Assembly: GCA_028279595.1 (NCBI GenBank)
Contig: JANQNK010000020.1
Location: forward strand, 288,001 to 352,000
DNA: 64,000 bases
Reading direction: 5' to 3'
From: Thermoplasmatota archaeon
GTDB lineage: Archaea > Thermoplasmatota > JAKEGO01
The notes under the pieces were generated by a model. It made no database searches. It had not been told where the DNA came from and saw nothing but the letters and a program-made list of their open reading frames with translations. Shown here in pieces: positions 39,721 to 49,698 of this stretch. The position numbers were made by a program, and so were the translations under genes. The first letter of the stretch is position 1, and each line of letters starts with the position of its first letter.

Positions 39721-39893
39721 CGCCCATTGAATCGGCTACTCCTTATTATACGTTTCTAACGAAATGCCTCCCCTGAAGGAACCCTCGGTCCCATGATATC
39801 GGCCCGGTGCGGACCGGTAGGCCAAGTTCCGTCAGTGTAACGGTTTCAGACAATCTTTATATAATCAAGGTCCAATCATCCGCCGTGATAAAC

Positions 39894-41204
39894 ATGAGAT
39901 GGTACCATCTCGCCGTAGTCCTACTCCTGTCGCTAACGCTTTGTATCGGTTTCATTGCCGGCCAGTCATCGGCCGTTTCCTTCGGTGCCGGGGAAGAGAT
40001 CGAACTCGATGTCCGAATGAACAACGGAGATGACAACAACGAAACAACGATGTATCGGGACAGTTCATTTACCTTTACAATCTATATCTTCAATTTCAAC
40101 GACTCATCTCAGGACGCTGTATTCAAAGCCTCTTATAAGATCCTCGGGGAAAAGTCCTCTATATCGGGTCAGTTCAACCGTTCAACGACCGAATCGGTCG
40201 AGCACCAAGGTAATACACGGATCGCAATCTCCATCGTTACTAACACCAATACCCTACTCGACTTCTACGAGTTCTCCATCAAGGTCTGGAACGAGGACGA
40301 CGTGAACATGAGTGCCAGTGTCAGCGGAAGGGTCACTGTTACGGTCCTCGCTGCACCTGACGGCGATCCCGCCATCGAGGCGACGAGCGAGAAGTCAATA
40401 ACGATGAGCGTCGGCGGGGAAGCGACCATCGAGCTCACGATAACGAACGAGGCCGACGATCCCGACGATATCGAGTTCACTCTAGCGATATCCGATTCAT
40501 CGATAGCCGAGACGACGATCCCGCCGCTCCTCGATGTCATCTCTCTCGAGGACAACGAGGTGGAGGAGGTCAGTCTGACGGTATACGGATTGGCTCCCGG
40601 CACGACGACATTCACCTTTACTGTGACATCGGGGAACGACCCGGACAAGGACGCCGAAGAGCAGTTCACAATCACGGTCAACAAGGTCGAGGAGAAGAAG
40701 GAGGAGGACAAGGGCTTCCTCGAACAGGAGATCGCGGGCATCCCGCTCGTGGCCCTCTTCGTCGTGATCATCGTGGTACCGGTGGTCGCGGTCGTCGCCA
40801 TGGGAAAGAAGAAGAAGAAGGGAACCGCAGGACCCACCGTACCGACGCAACCCGGGATGACCCCTGGCATGCCTGCGCAGCCTGGCATGGGAGCCCAGCC
40901 AGGGGCTGCCCAGCCGATGGTGATGCACTGCCCGAACTGCGGCGGCGTCATCGAGATCGCCAACCCGGCGTACCCTCAGCCGGTCCAGTGCACGCACTGC
41001 GGCTCGGCATTCCAGTTCCCGGGGACCGGTCAGGCGCAGGCCCCCCCCCAGGCTCCGCCCCAGCAGCAGTACGGAGCGCCTCCCCAGCAGGCCGGCTATC
41101 AGACGACGCCTTGCCCGGCGTGCGGCACGCAGATCCCCGTCCCGCCCCAGAGGCCGGTGACGATATCGTGCCCCGGATGCGCATCACAGTATCAGCTCAA
41201 CTGA
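39894..41204 (+). CDS. Single-pass protein: extracellular Ig-like domains, cytoplasmic Pro/Gln linkers and two zinc ribbons
   Basis: Signal peptide, TM followed by KKKKK, CPNC/CTHC and CPAC/CPGC. Confidence 0.75.
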   Translation: MRWYHLAVVLLLSLTLCIGFIAGQSSAVSFGAGEEIELDVRMNNGDDNNETTMYRDSSFTFTIYIFNFNDSSQDAVFKASYKILGEKSSISGQFNRSTTESVEHQGNTRIAISIVTNTNTLLDFYEFSIKVWNEDDVNMSASVSGRVTVTVLAAPDGDPAIEATSEKSITMSVGGEATIELTITNEADDPDDIEFTLAISDSSIAETTIPPLLDVISLEDNEVEEVSLTVYGLAPGTTTFTFTVTSGNDPDKDAEEQFTITVNKVEEKKEEDKGFLEQEIAGIPLVALFVVIIVVPVVAVVAMGKKKKKGTAGPTVPTQPGMTPGMPAQPGMGAQPGAAQPMVMHCPNCGGVIEIANPAYPQPVQCTHCGSAFQFPGTGQAQAPPQAPPQQQYGAPPQQAGYQTTPCPACGTQIPVPPQRPVTISCPGCASQYQLN

Positions 41205-41222
41205 TCAGGTTCATCAAATCGG

Positions 41223-41903
41223 ATGGGTGACCGCATGACCATGTGCATAGTCAACATGAAGGCGTACGACGGTTGTTATGGCGCTAAGGGGCTCGAGCTC
41301 GGGCTCGCCCTCGAGAAGGTCGCCGGCGAATTCTCCTCGGAGACGGTCCTGGCAGTGGGCGCTCCCGATATCCGGCTGTTCTCGGAGAACCTTTCCATAC
41401 CGATCTACGCACAGCATGTCAGCCCCTTCAAGCCGGGCGGTCGCACTGGTGCGGTCCTCGCCGAGGCGGCCGCCCTTTCGGGAGCCGCCGGGACCCTTAT
41501 CAACCACTCCGAGAGGCGGCTCACCCTCGCTGACATAGAGGCATCCCTGAGCGCGGCGAAGAGGGTCGGACTTGCGACCGTCATCTGTTCGAACAACGTA
41601 AACACCTCCGGGGCGGCTGCGGTCCTCGGACCTGACCGGATAGCGATGGAACCCCCGGAACTGATCGGAGGGGACATCTCGGTCACGAGCGCAAGCCCCG
41701 AGATCATCGGCTCGACGGTCACGCACGTGTCCACCCTCGCACCCGAGGTCGGCATCCTCTGCGGGGCTGGAGTGAAGAACGGCGCGGACGCTGCCATGGC
41801 GATCGAGCTTGGGACCGAAGGTGTCCTGGTCGCCAGTGGTATAGTCCTGGCATCCGATCCCGGAGCTGCACTCGCTGACATCCTGCAGGGCATGGAGCAG
41901 TAG
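41223..41903 (+). CDS. tpiA: Triosephosphate isomerase (archaeal type)
   Basis: NMKAY, AQH, NHSE, EPPELIG, GAGV. Confidence 0.95.
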   Translation: MGDRMTMCIVNMKAYDGCYGAKGLELGLALEKVAGEFSSETVLAVGAPDIRLFSENLSIPIYAQHVSPFKPGGRTGAVLAEAAALSGAAGTLINHSERRLTLADIEASLSAAKRVGLATVICSNNVNTSGAAAVLGPDRIAMEPPELIGGDISVTSASPEIIGSTVTHVSTLAPEVGILCGAGVKNGADAAMAIELGTEGVLVASGIVLASDPGAALADILQGMEQ

Positions 41904-41945
41904 GTCGAAGGGATCAGAATTCTATCATATCATTCGGAACGCCGT

Positions 41946-42284
41946 TCACTTGACCTTACGGCGCTCCTCCTCGATCTGTTTCGCGACGGTCGAGAGCCTG
42001 TCGCCGAGGTCGAGCAATATGACCTTCAATTGCGGGAAGATCCTCTTCGCATCCTTGGTGTAGACGGCGCCCTCCTGGGTGGGCTTGATGAGCCCCTCCC
42101 TCTCGAGCATCCTGAGGGAATAGCGGATCCTGTGGTCCGGCAGGCCCGTCTCCTTGGAGAGTCTGATGACGCCGATGGGCGCCTCCCGTATCACCACATC
42201 CAGGATGCGGATGTGGCGCTCGATGAGGTCGATCTCGTTCCTTAGCGTCATCGTGAGGCTGTCCTCTGCTACCTTGGGTGTCAT
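41946..42284 (-). CDS. Winged-helix DNA-binding protein
   Basis: PIGVIRLS.ETGLP.H.IRYSLR.LE..GLI.PT..GA. Confidence 0.8.
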   Translation of the reverse strand: MTPKVAEDSLTMTLRNEIDLIERHIRILDVVIREAPIGVIRLSKETGLPDHRIRYSLRMLEREGLIKPTQEGAVYTKDAKRIFPQLKVILLDLGDRLSTVAKQIEEERRKVK

Positions 42285-42468
42285 GAGTATCCTCTCATTG
42301 GGCCTGCACTGCCCCCGCGGGGGGTGATGGTCCGTGCGATATATAGACCTTGCGTCTCCGTAGCACGGTCCGAAAATGACTTTTTGAGAATCGAGCGTGA
42401 ATGTAACATAGATTCCACAAACCTTTTAAATAAAAAAGGCCAAATTAACAATAGCGAAATGAACAAAA

Positions 42469-42562
42469 GGTGGAGGCACAGCTCTTCCACTCAAGGAAGT
42501 CCTGCCTGCTCATCCATAGCGTCACATCTTCCATCGGACGAGATGTGTTTTGTGCCTCCACC
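42469..42562 (-). ncRNA. Candidate multi-branch structured RNA (strand tentative)
   Basis: 12-bp closing stem GGTGGAGGCACA/TGTGCCTCCACC enclosing 7-bp and 5-bp hairpins. Confidence 0.5.
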
Positions 42563-42706
42563 CCCAAGATTCCTGAGCCAGTGTGCTCAATTTCTATCTC
42601 TATTAGGCCTTGGTCTCGACCGTCTGCCTGGGAACCCTTATATCCGTGGACATGGTTCTGCGCCCGACGTCCACCACTTCAGGGGACGTTCGCGGAGGAT
42701 GGACGG

Positions 42707-43552
42707 ATGGAGTTCCCGAAGGCGATCAGCGGGCCGTACTGGCGATTCCAGCATTCCATGACCGGCAGGAGGGCCGCTAGGGAGGCCGTCCAGTACAGGG
42801 ACCGATTCGACTCCGTCGAGACCTACTGCATGTTCATAGGGTACCCCAGGAGCGGCCACAGCATGGTCGGGTCCCTCATGGACGCCCACCCCGACATGGT
42901 CATTTCCAACGAACTTGACGCCCTGAAGTACGTCGACCTTGGCTTCGACAGGGACCAGATCTATTACATGATCCTCGAGAACACCCGGGAGTACGCGAGG
43001 GCTGGCAGGTCGCAGACCGGATATTCCTACGTCGTGCCCAACCAGCACCAGGGCACCTTCCGCGACCTGAAGGTCATCGGCGACAAGAAGGGCGGGTCCT
43101 CGACATTCCATCTGAGGCGGGACCCCACTCTCCTCGACAGGCTCGGCAAGGTCGTATCCGTGCCGATGAGGTTCATCCACGTGACAAGGAACCCGTACGA
43201 TAACATCACGACCATGGCGACACGTTCCGGCAGGGACCTCGACGAGCGGATAGATACCTACTTCAAGTTCGTCGCGACCAACGCGACGGTACGGAAGAGG
43301 ATAGGGCCCGACGGTGTTCTCGACATGCATCTGGAGGACTTCATCGCGGACCCCGCGGCGAAATTGCGATCCATCTGTGAATTCATCGGGCTCGACGCTC
43401 CCGACGATTTCATAAAGGACGCGGCTGGAATAGTCTACAAGGAGCCGAAGAGGACCAGGGCCAAGATCAAGTGGTCCAAGAAACAGGTCGCTACCGTCGC
43501 GGAGCGCATCGAGCGGTATGATTTCCTGAAGGGCTACACCTACGAGAGTTGA
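42707..43552 (+). CDS. PAPS-dependent sulfotransferase
   Basis: 5'-PSB IGYPRSGHS..GSLMDAHP, GDKKG, 3'-PB HVTRNPYD. Confidence 0.88.
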   Translation: MEFPKAISGPYWRFQHSMTGRRAAREAVQYRDRFDSVETYCMFIGYPRSGHSMVGSLMDAHPDMVISNELDALKYVDLGFDRDQIYYMILENTREYARAGRSQTGYSYVVPNQHQGTFRDLKVIGDKKGGSSTFHLRRDPTLLDRLGKVVSVPMRFIHVTRNPYDNITTMATRSGRDLDERIDTYFKFVATNATVRKRIGPDGVLDMHLEDFIADPAAKLRSICEFIGLDAPDDFIKDAAGIVYKEPKRTRAKIKWSKKQVATVAERIERYDFLKGYTYES

Positions 43553-43617
43553 GTTCTCCAGTCTGTCTCAATAAGTTAGAAATAAGAGGACTCCGATTGA
43601 GACCTGGAGGTTCTTAC

Positions 43618-44145
43618 ATGCCAGACCTGAGGGACCGTGTCGAGGACGACAGGGGTTTGATAAAGAAGATACAGATGGTCATCCCGGGATACCGCGGGTA
43701 CCGCAAGCGCGAGGACCTGAGGATCGCGGACAGCCTCCTCAGGGAGGAGGTCGCCAAGAGGATGGGTCGCGTCGAGAACGACGCCGATGACATCCGCGGC
43801 GAGCTCGCCGAGGAGATGGAGATGACCAAGATGAACGACCTCAAGGGGCTCATCTACGACATACAGACGTTCAGAAACAGGATCGAGCACGCCGAGCAGG
43901 AGTACTCGGGCATCTCGGCCGACTACAGGATACTGGAGAACGAGCTCGAGGCCCTCTACGAGTACGACCTGAAGCTCTTCAGTTCCGTCGATGTGATCCG
44001 GAAGGAGCTCCAGGGACTCGACCCGAAGCTCGACGACCCCGCCTTCAAGGTGAAGGTGAAGGAGGTCCGGGCAGTCATGAAGGGCATGCAGGAGGACTTC
44101 GACCTCCGTACGGAGACCATAGCGAACATGGTGGTGAGGAAATGA
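43618..44145 (+). CDS. Conserved helical protein upstream of SPFH
   Basis: IPGYRGYR.RED.R.AD..LR, LYEYD; GGAGG RBS; ATGA overlap with SPFH. Confidence 0.75.
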   Translation: MPDLRDRVEDDRGLIKKIQMVIPGYRGYRKREDLRIADSLLREEVAKRMGRVENDADDIRGELAEEMEMTKMNDLKGLIYDIQTFRNRIEHAEQEYSGISADYRILENELEALYEYDLKLFSSVDVIRKELQGLDPKLDDPAFKVKVKEVRAVMKGMQEDFDLRTETIANMVVRK

Positions 44146-45284
44146 GCGTCATCGGAGCGGACACGATCGAATGGGCCCATTCGGACAAGGGCGATTACAT
44201 CATGTACAGGGTGCCGAGGAACGTGCAGTACAACGACAACGTCGTTGTCCGGGAGGACGAGTTCGTCGTCTTCTTCAGGGACGGCAAGGCTCTGCACCTG
44301 TTCGACAGGCCGGGGCGCTACGCGCTCACGACCCAGAACATACCGGTCCTGGCCAGCATAGTCAAGGGCCTTTCGGGCGTTCAACAGGTCGGCGAACTGT
44401 ACTACCTCCAGCAGAGGGAGATGCGGGGAAAGTTCGGCACGAAGGAGCCGCTGACCTTCCGGGACCAGGACTTCGGCCTCGTCCGCCTTCGGATGTTCGG
44501 ACAGTTCTCCTACCGGGTCGTCGATCCCATTCTATTCATAACCCAGTTCGTCGGGGCAATGGGCTATTCACACAGCGAAGAGGTCATTGACTGGATGAAG
44601 GCCCAGCTCGTGATGAACCTGAACGACGTCCTCGGTGAGCTCAAGCGCGACAAGGGCATCGGAGTGGCCGACCTTCCCGCCTATCTCGAGGAACTCGAAC
44701 AGCTCGTCCTCTCGAGGATCGGTGATGAGGCATCACGGTACGGCCTCCAGGTCATGAAGGTCGTCGGGATAAACGTCAATCTGCCCGAGGAGGTACAGGA
44801 GGCCGTCGACGCACGGGCCTCGATGGGCGTTCTCGGAGCGGACTACATGCAGTACCAGACCGGCAAGGCCATCAGGGACATCCCCGGTAGCGGTGGCGGC
44901 GGCGGAGGAACGGGCGACGCAGCCGCTGCAGGCCTTGGACTCGGCGTCGGAGCAGGTATGGGCATGGCGATGCCCGGTATGATCCAGGGTCAGCAGGGTC
45001 AGGGCGCCTCACCCGGAGCACCGCCCGTACCCAGCGAGACCGGCACTCCGTGTCCAGCATGCGGTGCGATGGTGCCGGCAGGATCGAAGTTCTGTCCCTC
45101 ATGCGGAGCGGCGATGACACCTCCGACCGAGAAGTGCGTGAGCTGTGGAGCAGAGATAGAGACGGGAGCGAAGTTCTGTCCCGAGTGCGGCGCACAGCAG
45201 AACGCCTCCCTGATCTGTCCGAAGTGCGACGCGCAGCTTCCTTTGGGAACGAAGTTCTGCTCGGAGTGCGGGAATCCGTTGTAG
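44142..45284 (+). CDS. SPFH domain protein with zinc-ribbon tail (YdjI-like)
   Basis: VFFRDGK...PGRY.L.T.N.P, FGT..P, three C..C...KFC..CG units. Confidence 0.9.
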   Translation: MSVIGADTIEWAHSDKGDYIMYRVPRNVQYNDNVVVREDEFVVFFRDGKALHLFDRPGRYALTTQNIPVLASIVKGLSGVQQVGELYYLQQREMRGKFGTKEPLTFRDQDFGLVRLRMFGQFSYRVVDPILFITQFVGAMGYSHSEEVIDWMKAQLVMNLNDVLGELKRDKGIGVADLPAYLEELEQLVLSRIGDEASRYGLQVMKVVGINVNLPEEVQEAVDARASMGVLGADYMQYQTGKAIRDIPGSGGGGGGTGDAAAAGLGLGVGAGMGMAMPGMIQGQQGQGASPGAPPVPSETGTPCPACGAMVPAGSKFCPSCGAAMTPPTEKCVSCGAEIETGAKFCPECGAQQNASLICPKCDAQLPLGTKFCSECGNPL

Positions 45285-45300
45285 TGGGTTGTGTACGCCC

Positions 45301-45387
45301 GAGCCCGTCCGATCCTCGGGAAGAATGTCTAGATCATCGTCCTTTCCGAGGATCAGGCGATTCATGGAATCGCCGGTATCGGGGCTC
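45301..45387 (+). ncRNA. Candidate three-way-junction structure between convergent genes
   Basis: GAGCCC/GGGCTC enclosing a 13-bp and an 8-bp stem. Confidence 0.35.
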
Positions 45388-45444
45388 TTCCCTCCCTCAC
45401 GTTGTCACCTATGTGGTCGTAGGTAGGTTAAGCGATGTACCCAT

Positions 45445-46089
45445 TCAACACTCGCAGAGCTCTCCTTCCCTTATTGTCCTGATCCCCTCGAAGACCAGGA
45501 AGGCCGCGATGAATAGCCCGGCGATCGGGTCGGCCTGCCAGAATCCGAAAAGGTAGTTCAAAGTCAGGCCAACCAGGACCGCAACCGAGAGCAACAAGCA
45601 CGCAAGTGTCTGCCTCGCGTCGGCGAGAAGGCTCCTCGACTTGACGGCGGCGCTGGTCTTCCGCTTCTCCATGAAGAGGATGGGCATGACGATGAGCGAT
45701 GCGAGCGCGATGGCCATTCCGGGGATCGAGGGGTCGGGCTCCTCTCCGAAGCGGAGCTTGTTGACGGACTCGTACACGACATAGACCGCGAGGATGATGA
45801 GCGTGATGCCGACCAGCTTGGCCGCCGTGTGTTCGAGGGCCTCCTCCCTCTCCTCGGTCGTCGACTCATGGGGCCGGAACCGCCATATCATCACGCTGCC
45901 GGATAGGGACTCGATGAACGAGTCCATCCCGAAGGAGACCAGGGCTATACTTCCTGCGAGGAGTCCGAAGAAGATCGAGACGATGCCCTCGACGATGTTG
46001 TAGAATACCGTGAAATAGGACAGGTGCAATGCCCTCTTGCGCTGGCTGGGGTCGATCCCGCAGGCGCAGTCGGAGTCACACTCAACCAT
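45445..46089 (-). CDS. Cation diffusion facilitator-type transporter (TM domain only)
   Basis: GSIALVSFGMDS.IE, SLLADA, WQADPIA. Confidence 0.87.
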   Translation of the reverse strand: MVECDSDCACGIDPSQRKRALHLSYFTVFYNIVEGIVSIFFGLLAGSIALVSFGMDSFIESLSGSVMIWRFRPHESTTEEREEALEHTAAKLVGITLIILAVYVVYESVNKLRFGEEPDPSIPGMAIALASLIVMPILFMEKRKTSAAVKSRSLLADARQTLACLLLSVAVLVGLTLNYLFGFWQADPIAGLFIAAFLVFEGIRTIREGELCEC

Positions 46090-46141
46090 GGCAGACTAGA
46101 ACGATGCGAGAGATTAGAAGGTATCGCCTATTGACTGTCGA

Positions 46142-47128
46142 TCAGGAGCCATAGGTCCCCGTCCGCATCTCGTCCTCGATGGCCCTGAGCGCCTGGATCC
46201 TCTTGTAGGTCGGTGGATGGGTCGAGTGGAGCTCGGCCCAGGTCCCACCCCGGGTCTGTTCCTGTTCCAGTGCCAGCTCGAGTTCGCGCTCGTCTATGAC
46301 CCCGTCGCCGTTCAGGTCGTACTGGCTCTTGTTGTTGGCTATGTTCCTGATCTCCGCAGCTGCTGCCACACCATCAGCTATGTAGAACGATCGAGCGTTG
46401 CCCGCTTCGTCCTTGGGCGCGAGCGAGAGTCCGTAGGTGATCTTGACGAGGGCGGATGAGAGGGCGTGCGGGTTCCCGGTGATCTCCGATGAGTAGGCAT
46501 CGGCATAGTATTCCCGCACCCTCGAGAACCTGAGGACGATCATCTGACTGATGATGTACACTATCATCGACACCAGTCCGAAGGCGAGGATCGCCGCACC
46601 CTCGCGGGACCTCCCTCCGCCGAACCATAGCAGATGGGCGCCTATGTAGGCGAGGAGCGGTATCACTGAGAGGAACGTCATCATAGTAGCGTCCCTGTGC
46701 TTGATGTGGCCGATCTCGTGACCTATGACGGCCCCGATCTCCTCCTTGTTGAGCTGTTCCAGCAGGCCGGTGTGGACGGCCAGCCTCATGTCCCTCTTCG
46801 ACCGGCCCCAGACGAACGCGTTCGGTGTCCTGTTCTGGACTATTCCCAGCCGCGGCATCCTGACCTCGGCCCTCTGGCAGATCTCGCTGACCATCTGCTC
46901 CAGGAAGACGTTTGCGCCGGGCTCCAGATATTTCACTCCGCACGAGGACTCGACGACCTTGGCCGAGACCCACCACTGGATGAACATGATGACCGCTGTT
47001 ATGATTATAGCGACGAAGATCGGTAGACCGAGGAAGAGCGAGGCTGCCAGGAAGAGGATCAGCAGTATACCCATGAGGAGAATGAACGCAATTCCACTGT
47101 TCACCTTCAGAGCTCCCATCGATGCCAT
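46142..47128 (-). CDS. htpX: HtpX-like M48 zinc metalloprotease with an EF-hand loop
   Basis: PNAF, GHEIGH, SRVREYYAD, STHPP..KRI; DLNGDGVIDERE. Confidence 0.9.
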   Translation of the reverse strand: MASMGALKVNSGIAFILLMGILLILFLAASLFLGLPIFVAIIITAVIMFIQWWVSAKVVESSCGVKYLEPGANVFLEQMVSEICQRAEVRMPRLGIVQNRTPNAFVWGRSKRDMRLAVHTGLLEQLNKEEIGAVIGHEIGHIKHRDATMMTFLSVIPLLAYIGAHLLWFGGGRSREGAAILAFGLVSMIVYIISQMIVLRFSRVREYYADAYSSEITGNPHALSSALVKITYGLSLAPKDEAGNARSFYIADGVAAAAEIRNIANNKSQYDLNGDGVIDERELELALEQEQTRGGTWAELHSTHPPTYKRIQALRAIEDEMRTGTYGS

Positions 47129-47334
47129 GGTCGAACATCGCATTTCCGAATAAATAGGTTGCCGTCGACACGACGGTCAATAGGGTCACTTGCCAACGGT
47201 CATCTATCTATATCAGAGACGCGCGCGATGCGCCCCCTCGGGCCATCAATGCCTGTCGCCTGTTCTGACGAGGTTCCCGGTCGGCCGACCTCCTTCACAG
47301 CAATGATTATCTATCCATCCATCGTTCCGGAAGC

Positions 47335-48126
47335 ATGGTCGATATCGTCACCAGCGTGTCCTGCAAGGGGTGCGGCGCCCCGCTCAAGCTCCAGCCAGGT
47401 GAGGTCATCATCACCTGCGAGTACTGCGGTACCTCGTTCAACCAGGCGACGGACAAGGCGTTCATACTCGATCACAGCATCGTCCCGAACTCGCTGGACG
47501 AGAAGGCCCTGAAGGACATCGTGCGGGCATGGATGCGGGGCGGGACCAAGCCGCCGACGCTGGCCAAGGGCGCCAAGTTCGATTCGATCCAGCTTTCGTA
47601 CATACCATTCTTCGTCATCGATATCAAGACGACCACGAAGTACCGCGGGGGTATGACCCGTACGGGAGGATGGGTCGCGAGGGAGGGAACGATGGAGAAG
47701 GAGTACTTCTGGAAGGTCCTCGCTAGAAGGGCCAGCACCTTCCCGACACGGGAGTACGACATTCCGATATCCGCCAAGGAGCCCTTCGACCTCTCCAAGG
47801 TCCCGGAGGGCTGCAAGTTCCTCAACTCGGAGATGGACGACGACGAGGCCGTAACGACGGCGAAGCAGGGCATCGAGGACAACACCAGGTTCATCCTTTC
47901 CCAGGAGATCGACAGCGTCGACGAGATCTCCACGACCTTCGATGTAGATGAGATAGAGTTCCTCCACGCGCCGGTATGGGAGGTCAGGTACACGTTCAAG
48001 GGAAAGCCGTACGACGTCCTCGTCGATGGCGGCACGCGGACCGTCATCAGGGGCGATGTTCCGCCTCCCGACACATCCATGAAGGGATTCATGGGCACGA
48101 TCAAGCGAGGCTTTTTCGGAGATTGA
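47335..48126 (+). CDS. Zinc-ribbon protein (possibly YdjG-like)
   Basis: CKGCGAPL...CEYCG, YIPFF, PVW..Y...Y..LVDG. Confidence 0.7.
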   Translation: MVDIVTSVSCKGCGAPLKLQPGEVIITCEYCGTSFNQATDKAFILDHSIVPNSLDEKALKDIVRAWMRGGTKPPTLAKGAKFDSIQLSYIPFFVIDIKTTTKYRGGMTRTGGWVAREGTMEKEYFWKVLARRASTFPTREYDIPISAKEPFDLSKVPEGCKFLNSEMDDDEAVTTAKQGIEDNTRFILSQEIDSVDEISTTFDVDEIEFLHAPVWEVRYTFKGKPYDVLVDGGTRTVIRGDVPPPDTSMKGFMGTIKRGFFGD

Positions 48127-48203
48127 AGATAGGGCCTGTCATGTGTCCGATCTCGCACATTTATTTATATCGTCGAGGGACATTACAACGGTAGGTGGAC
48201 CGG

Positions 48204-48776
48204 ATGAGGGATACTGTCGTGACGAATCGGAGCATCAGGCGGTTCAAGCAGGATGAACGGGTCATGGCGGCGACCCTCAGGAAGTTCGTCGACCTCGCCA
48301 GGCAGACCGCCTCGGGCGCGAACCTCCAGCCCCTTCGATACATCATTGTCAGTGGCCCCGAAGCCTGTGATAGGATATTCCCGAACCTTGCATGGGCCGG
48401 ATATCTCCGTGACTGGGCCGGACCCGAGGAGGGCGAACGCCCGCCTGCCTACATCATAGTCCTATCGGAGGGCGTCCTATCGACAGTCTCGACCTACGAC
48501 CCTGGCATCGCGGCCCAGACGATAACGCTGGCGGCTGCCGACCAGGGCATCGGAGCATGCATGCTGGGCGCAATAGACCGCAAGGGCATCCGGAAGGCCC
48601 TCGAGATACCGGAGGGATTCGACGTCCTGCTCGTCATTGCCCTCGGCTGGCCTGCCGAGGAGGTCATCCTCGAGGACATCGGCCCCGACGGCGACGTCAA
48701 GTACTGGCGCGACGAGAAGAGGGTGCACCACGTCCCGAAACGGAGACTAGACGACATGATCATCGCTGAGCATTGA
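48204..48776 (+). CDS. Nitroreductase family protein
   Basis: RSIRRF, SGANLQP, GIGAC, HHVPKR. Confidence 0.92.
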   Translation: MRDTVVTNRSIRRFKQDERVMAATLRKFVDLARQTASGANLQPLRYIIVSGPEACDRIFPNLAWAGYLRDWAGPEEGERPPAYIIVLSEGVLSTVSTYDPGIAAQTITLAAADQGIGACMLGAIDRKGIRKALEIPEGFDVLLVIALGWPAEEVILEDIGPDGDVKYWRDEKRVHHVPKRRLDDMIIAEH

Positions 48777-48847
48777 CACCGACCACGGTATTTTGATATA
48801 CTAACATGTCTTACTGTGAATGACGGATCCGAACAGGGGGACTCGAT

Positions 48848-49639
48848 ATGCAGGACAACACGAAGAACGGACTTCTCATGCTTATGATCGGCACCTTGAT
48901 AGCCTTGGCGTCCAATGGAATCCGGGCTGCCGGCGCTATGGAACCCTGTCTCGGTGCTGTCGGTGGCCTTCTCTCACTCCTCGGTCTGCTATTCGTATTC
49001 CTCGGGAGGAAGGAGTTCGGAGAGGCCCACGCTAGGAACGTCTTCATCGCACTCGTCCTGATGGTCATCGGGATACTCATCGTTATAGCCGGTGGGTTCA
49101 TGATAGCCCTCGCCTTCCTTGCTGGCAATCCATCCTCCGTCTCCACGGGCTTCTACATCATCATCGTGGGCGGTATCGTGCTGGGAATTTCCAACTACTT
49201 CCTGCTGGTCGAGCTTGAGAACGACCTCGGCAAGAAGATCCTCATGGCAGCCGTTCTGGTGACCATAATGACCCAGTTCCTCGTGGCGGCGATCGCAGGG
49301 CCGGCCATCGAGGACATGATGGATACCCTCGACCAGGCCGAGGAGGAGGATTGGGAATCCGATGAACTCGAAGAGGAGCTGGAGGATTTCCAGAGGGATA
49401 TCTCGGTCGCCACCGCTCCGACCATGGCCGGTCAAGCGTTGATGTTGTTGGCGTTCTACATAGCGTACGACAGGATCAACAAGGGCGAGCTCCGTCCTCG
49501 CGAAGAGGTCAGGCGCAGAGGTCCACGCGGGCCGATGCCTCCCAGGGGCGAGCATCCATGCCGGAGATGCGGCTACCCGCTCGTATGGGTCGGAAAGTAC
49601 AGCAGGTGGTTCTGCGAGAGGTGCGACGACTACGACTAG
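48848..49639 (+). CDS. Membrane protein with C-terminal zinc ribbon
   Basis: About six TMs, GRKEFGEAH, CRRCG...WFCERC. Confidence 0.7.
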   Translation: MQDNTKNGLLMLMIGTLIALASNGIRAAGAMEPCLGAVGGLLSLLGLLFVFLGRKEFGEAHARNVFIALVLMVIGILIVIAGGFMIALAFLAGNPSSVSTGFYIIIVGGIVLGISNYFLLVELENDLGKKILMAAVLVTIMTQFLVAAIAGPAIEDMMDTLDQAEEEDWESDELEEELEDFQRDISVATAPTMAGQALMLLAFYIAYDRINKGELRPREEVRRRGPRGPMPPRGEHPCRRCGYPLVWVGKYSRWFCERCDDYD

Positions 49640-49698
49640 TCGCTCACCCACAACCGTTTTAACCTCCCGTCCCCCTAGCAAGATACGGGGGAACCGGA

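Noticed and set aside
42324-42761. 145-aa ORF and the upstream extension of the sulfotransferase
   Set aside because: Atypical composition across AT-rich promoter DNA; the sulfotransferase-like sequence begins near 42707.
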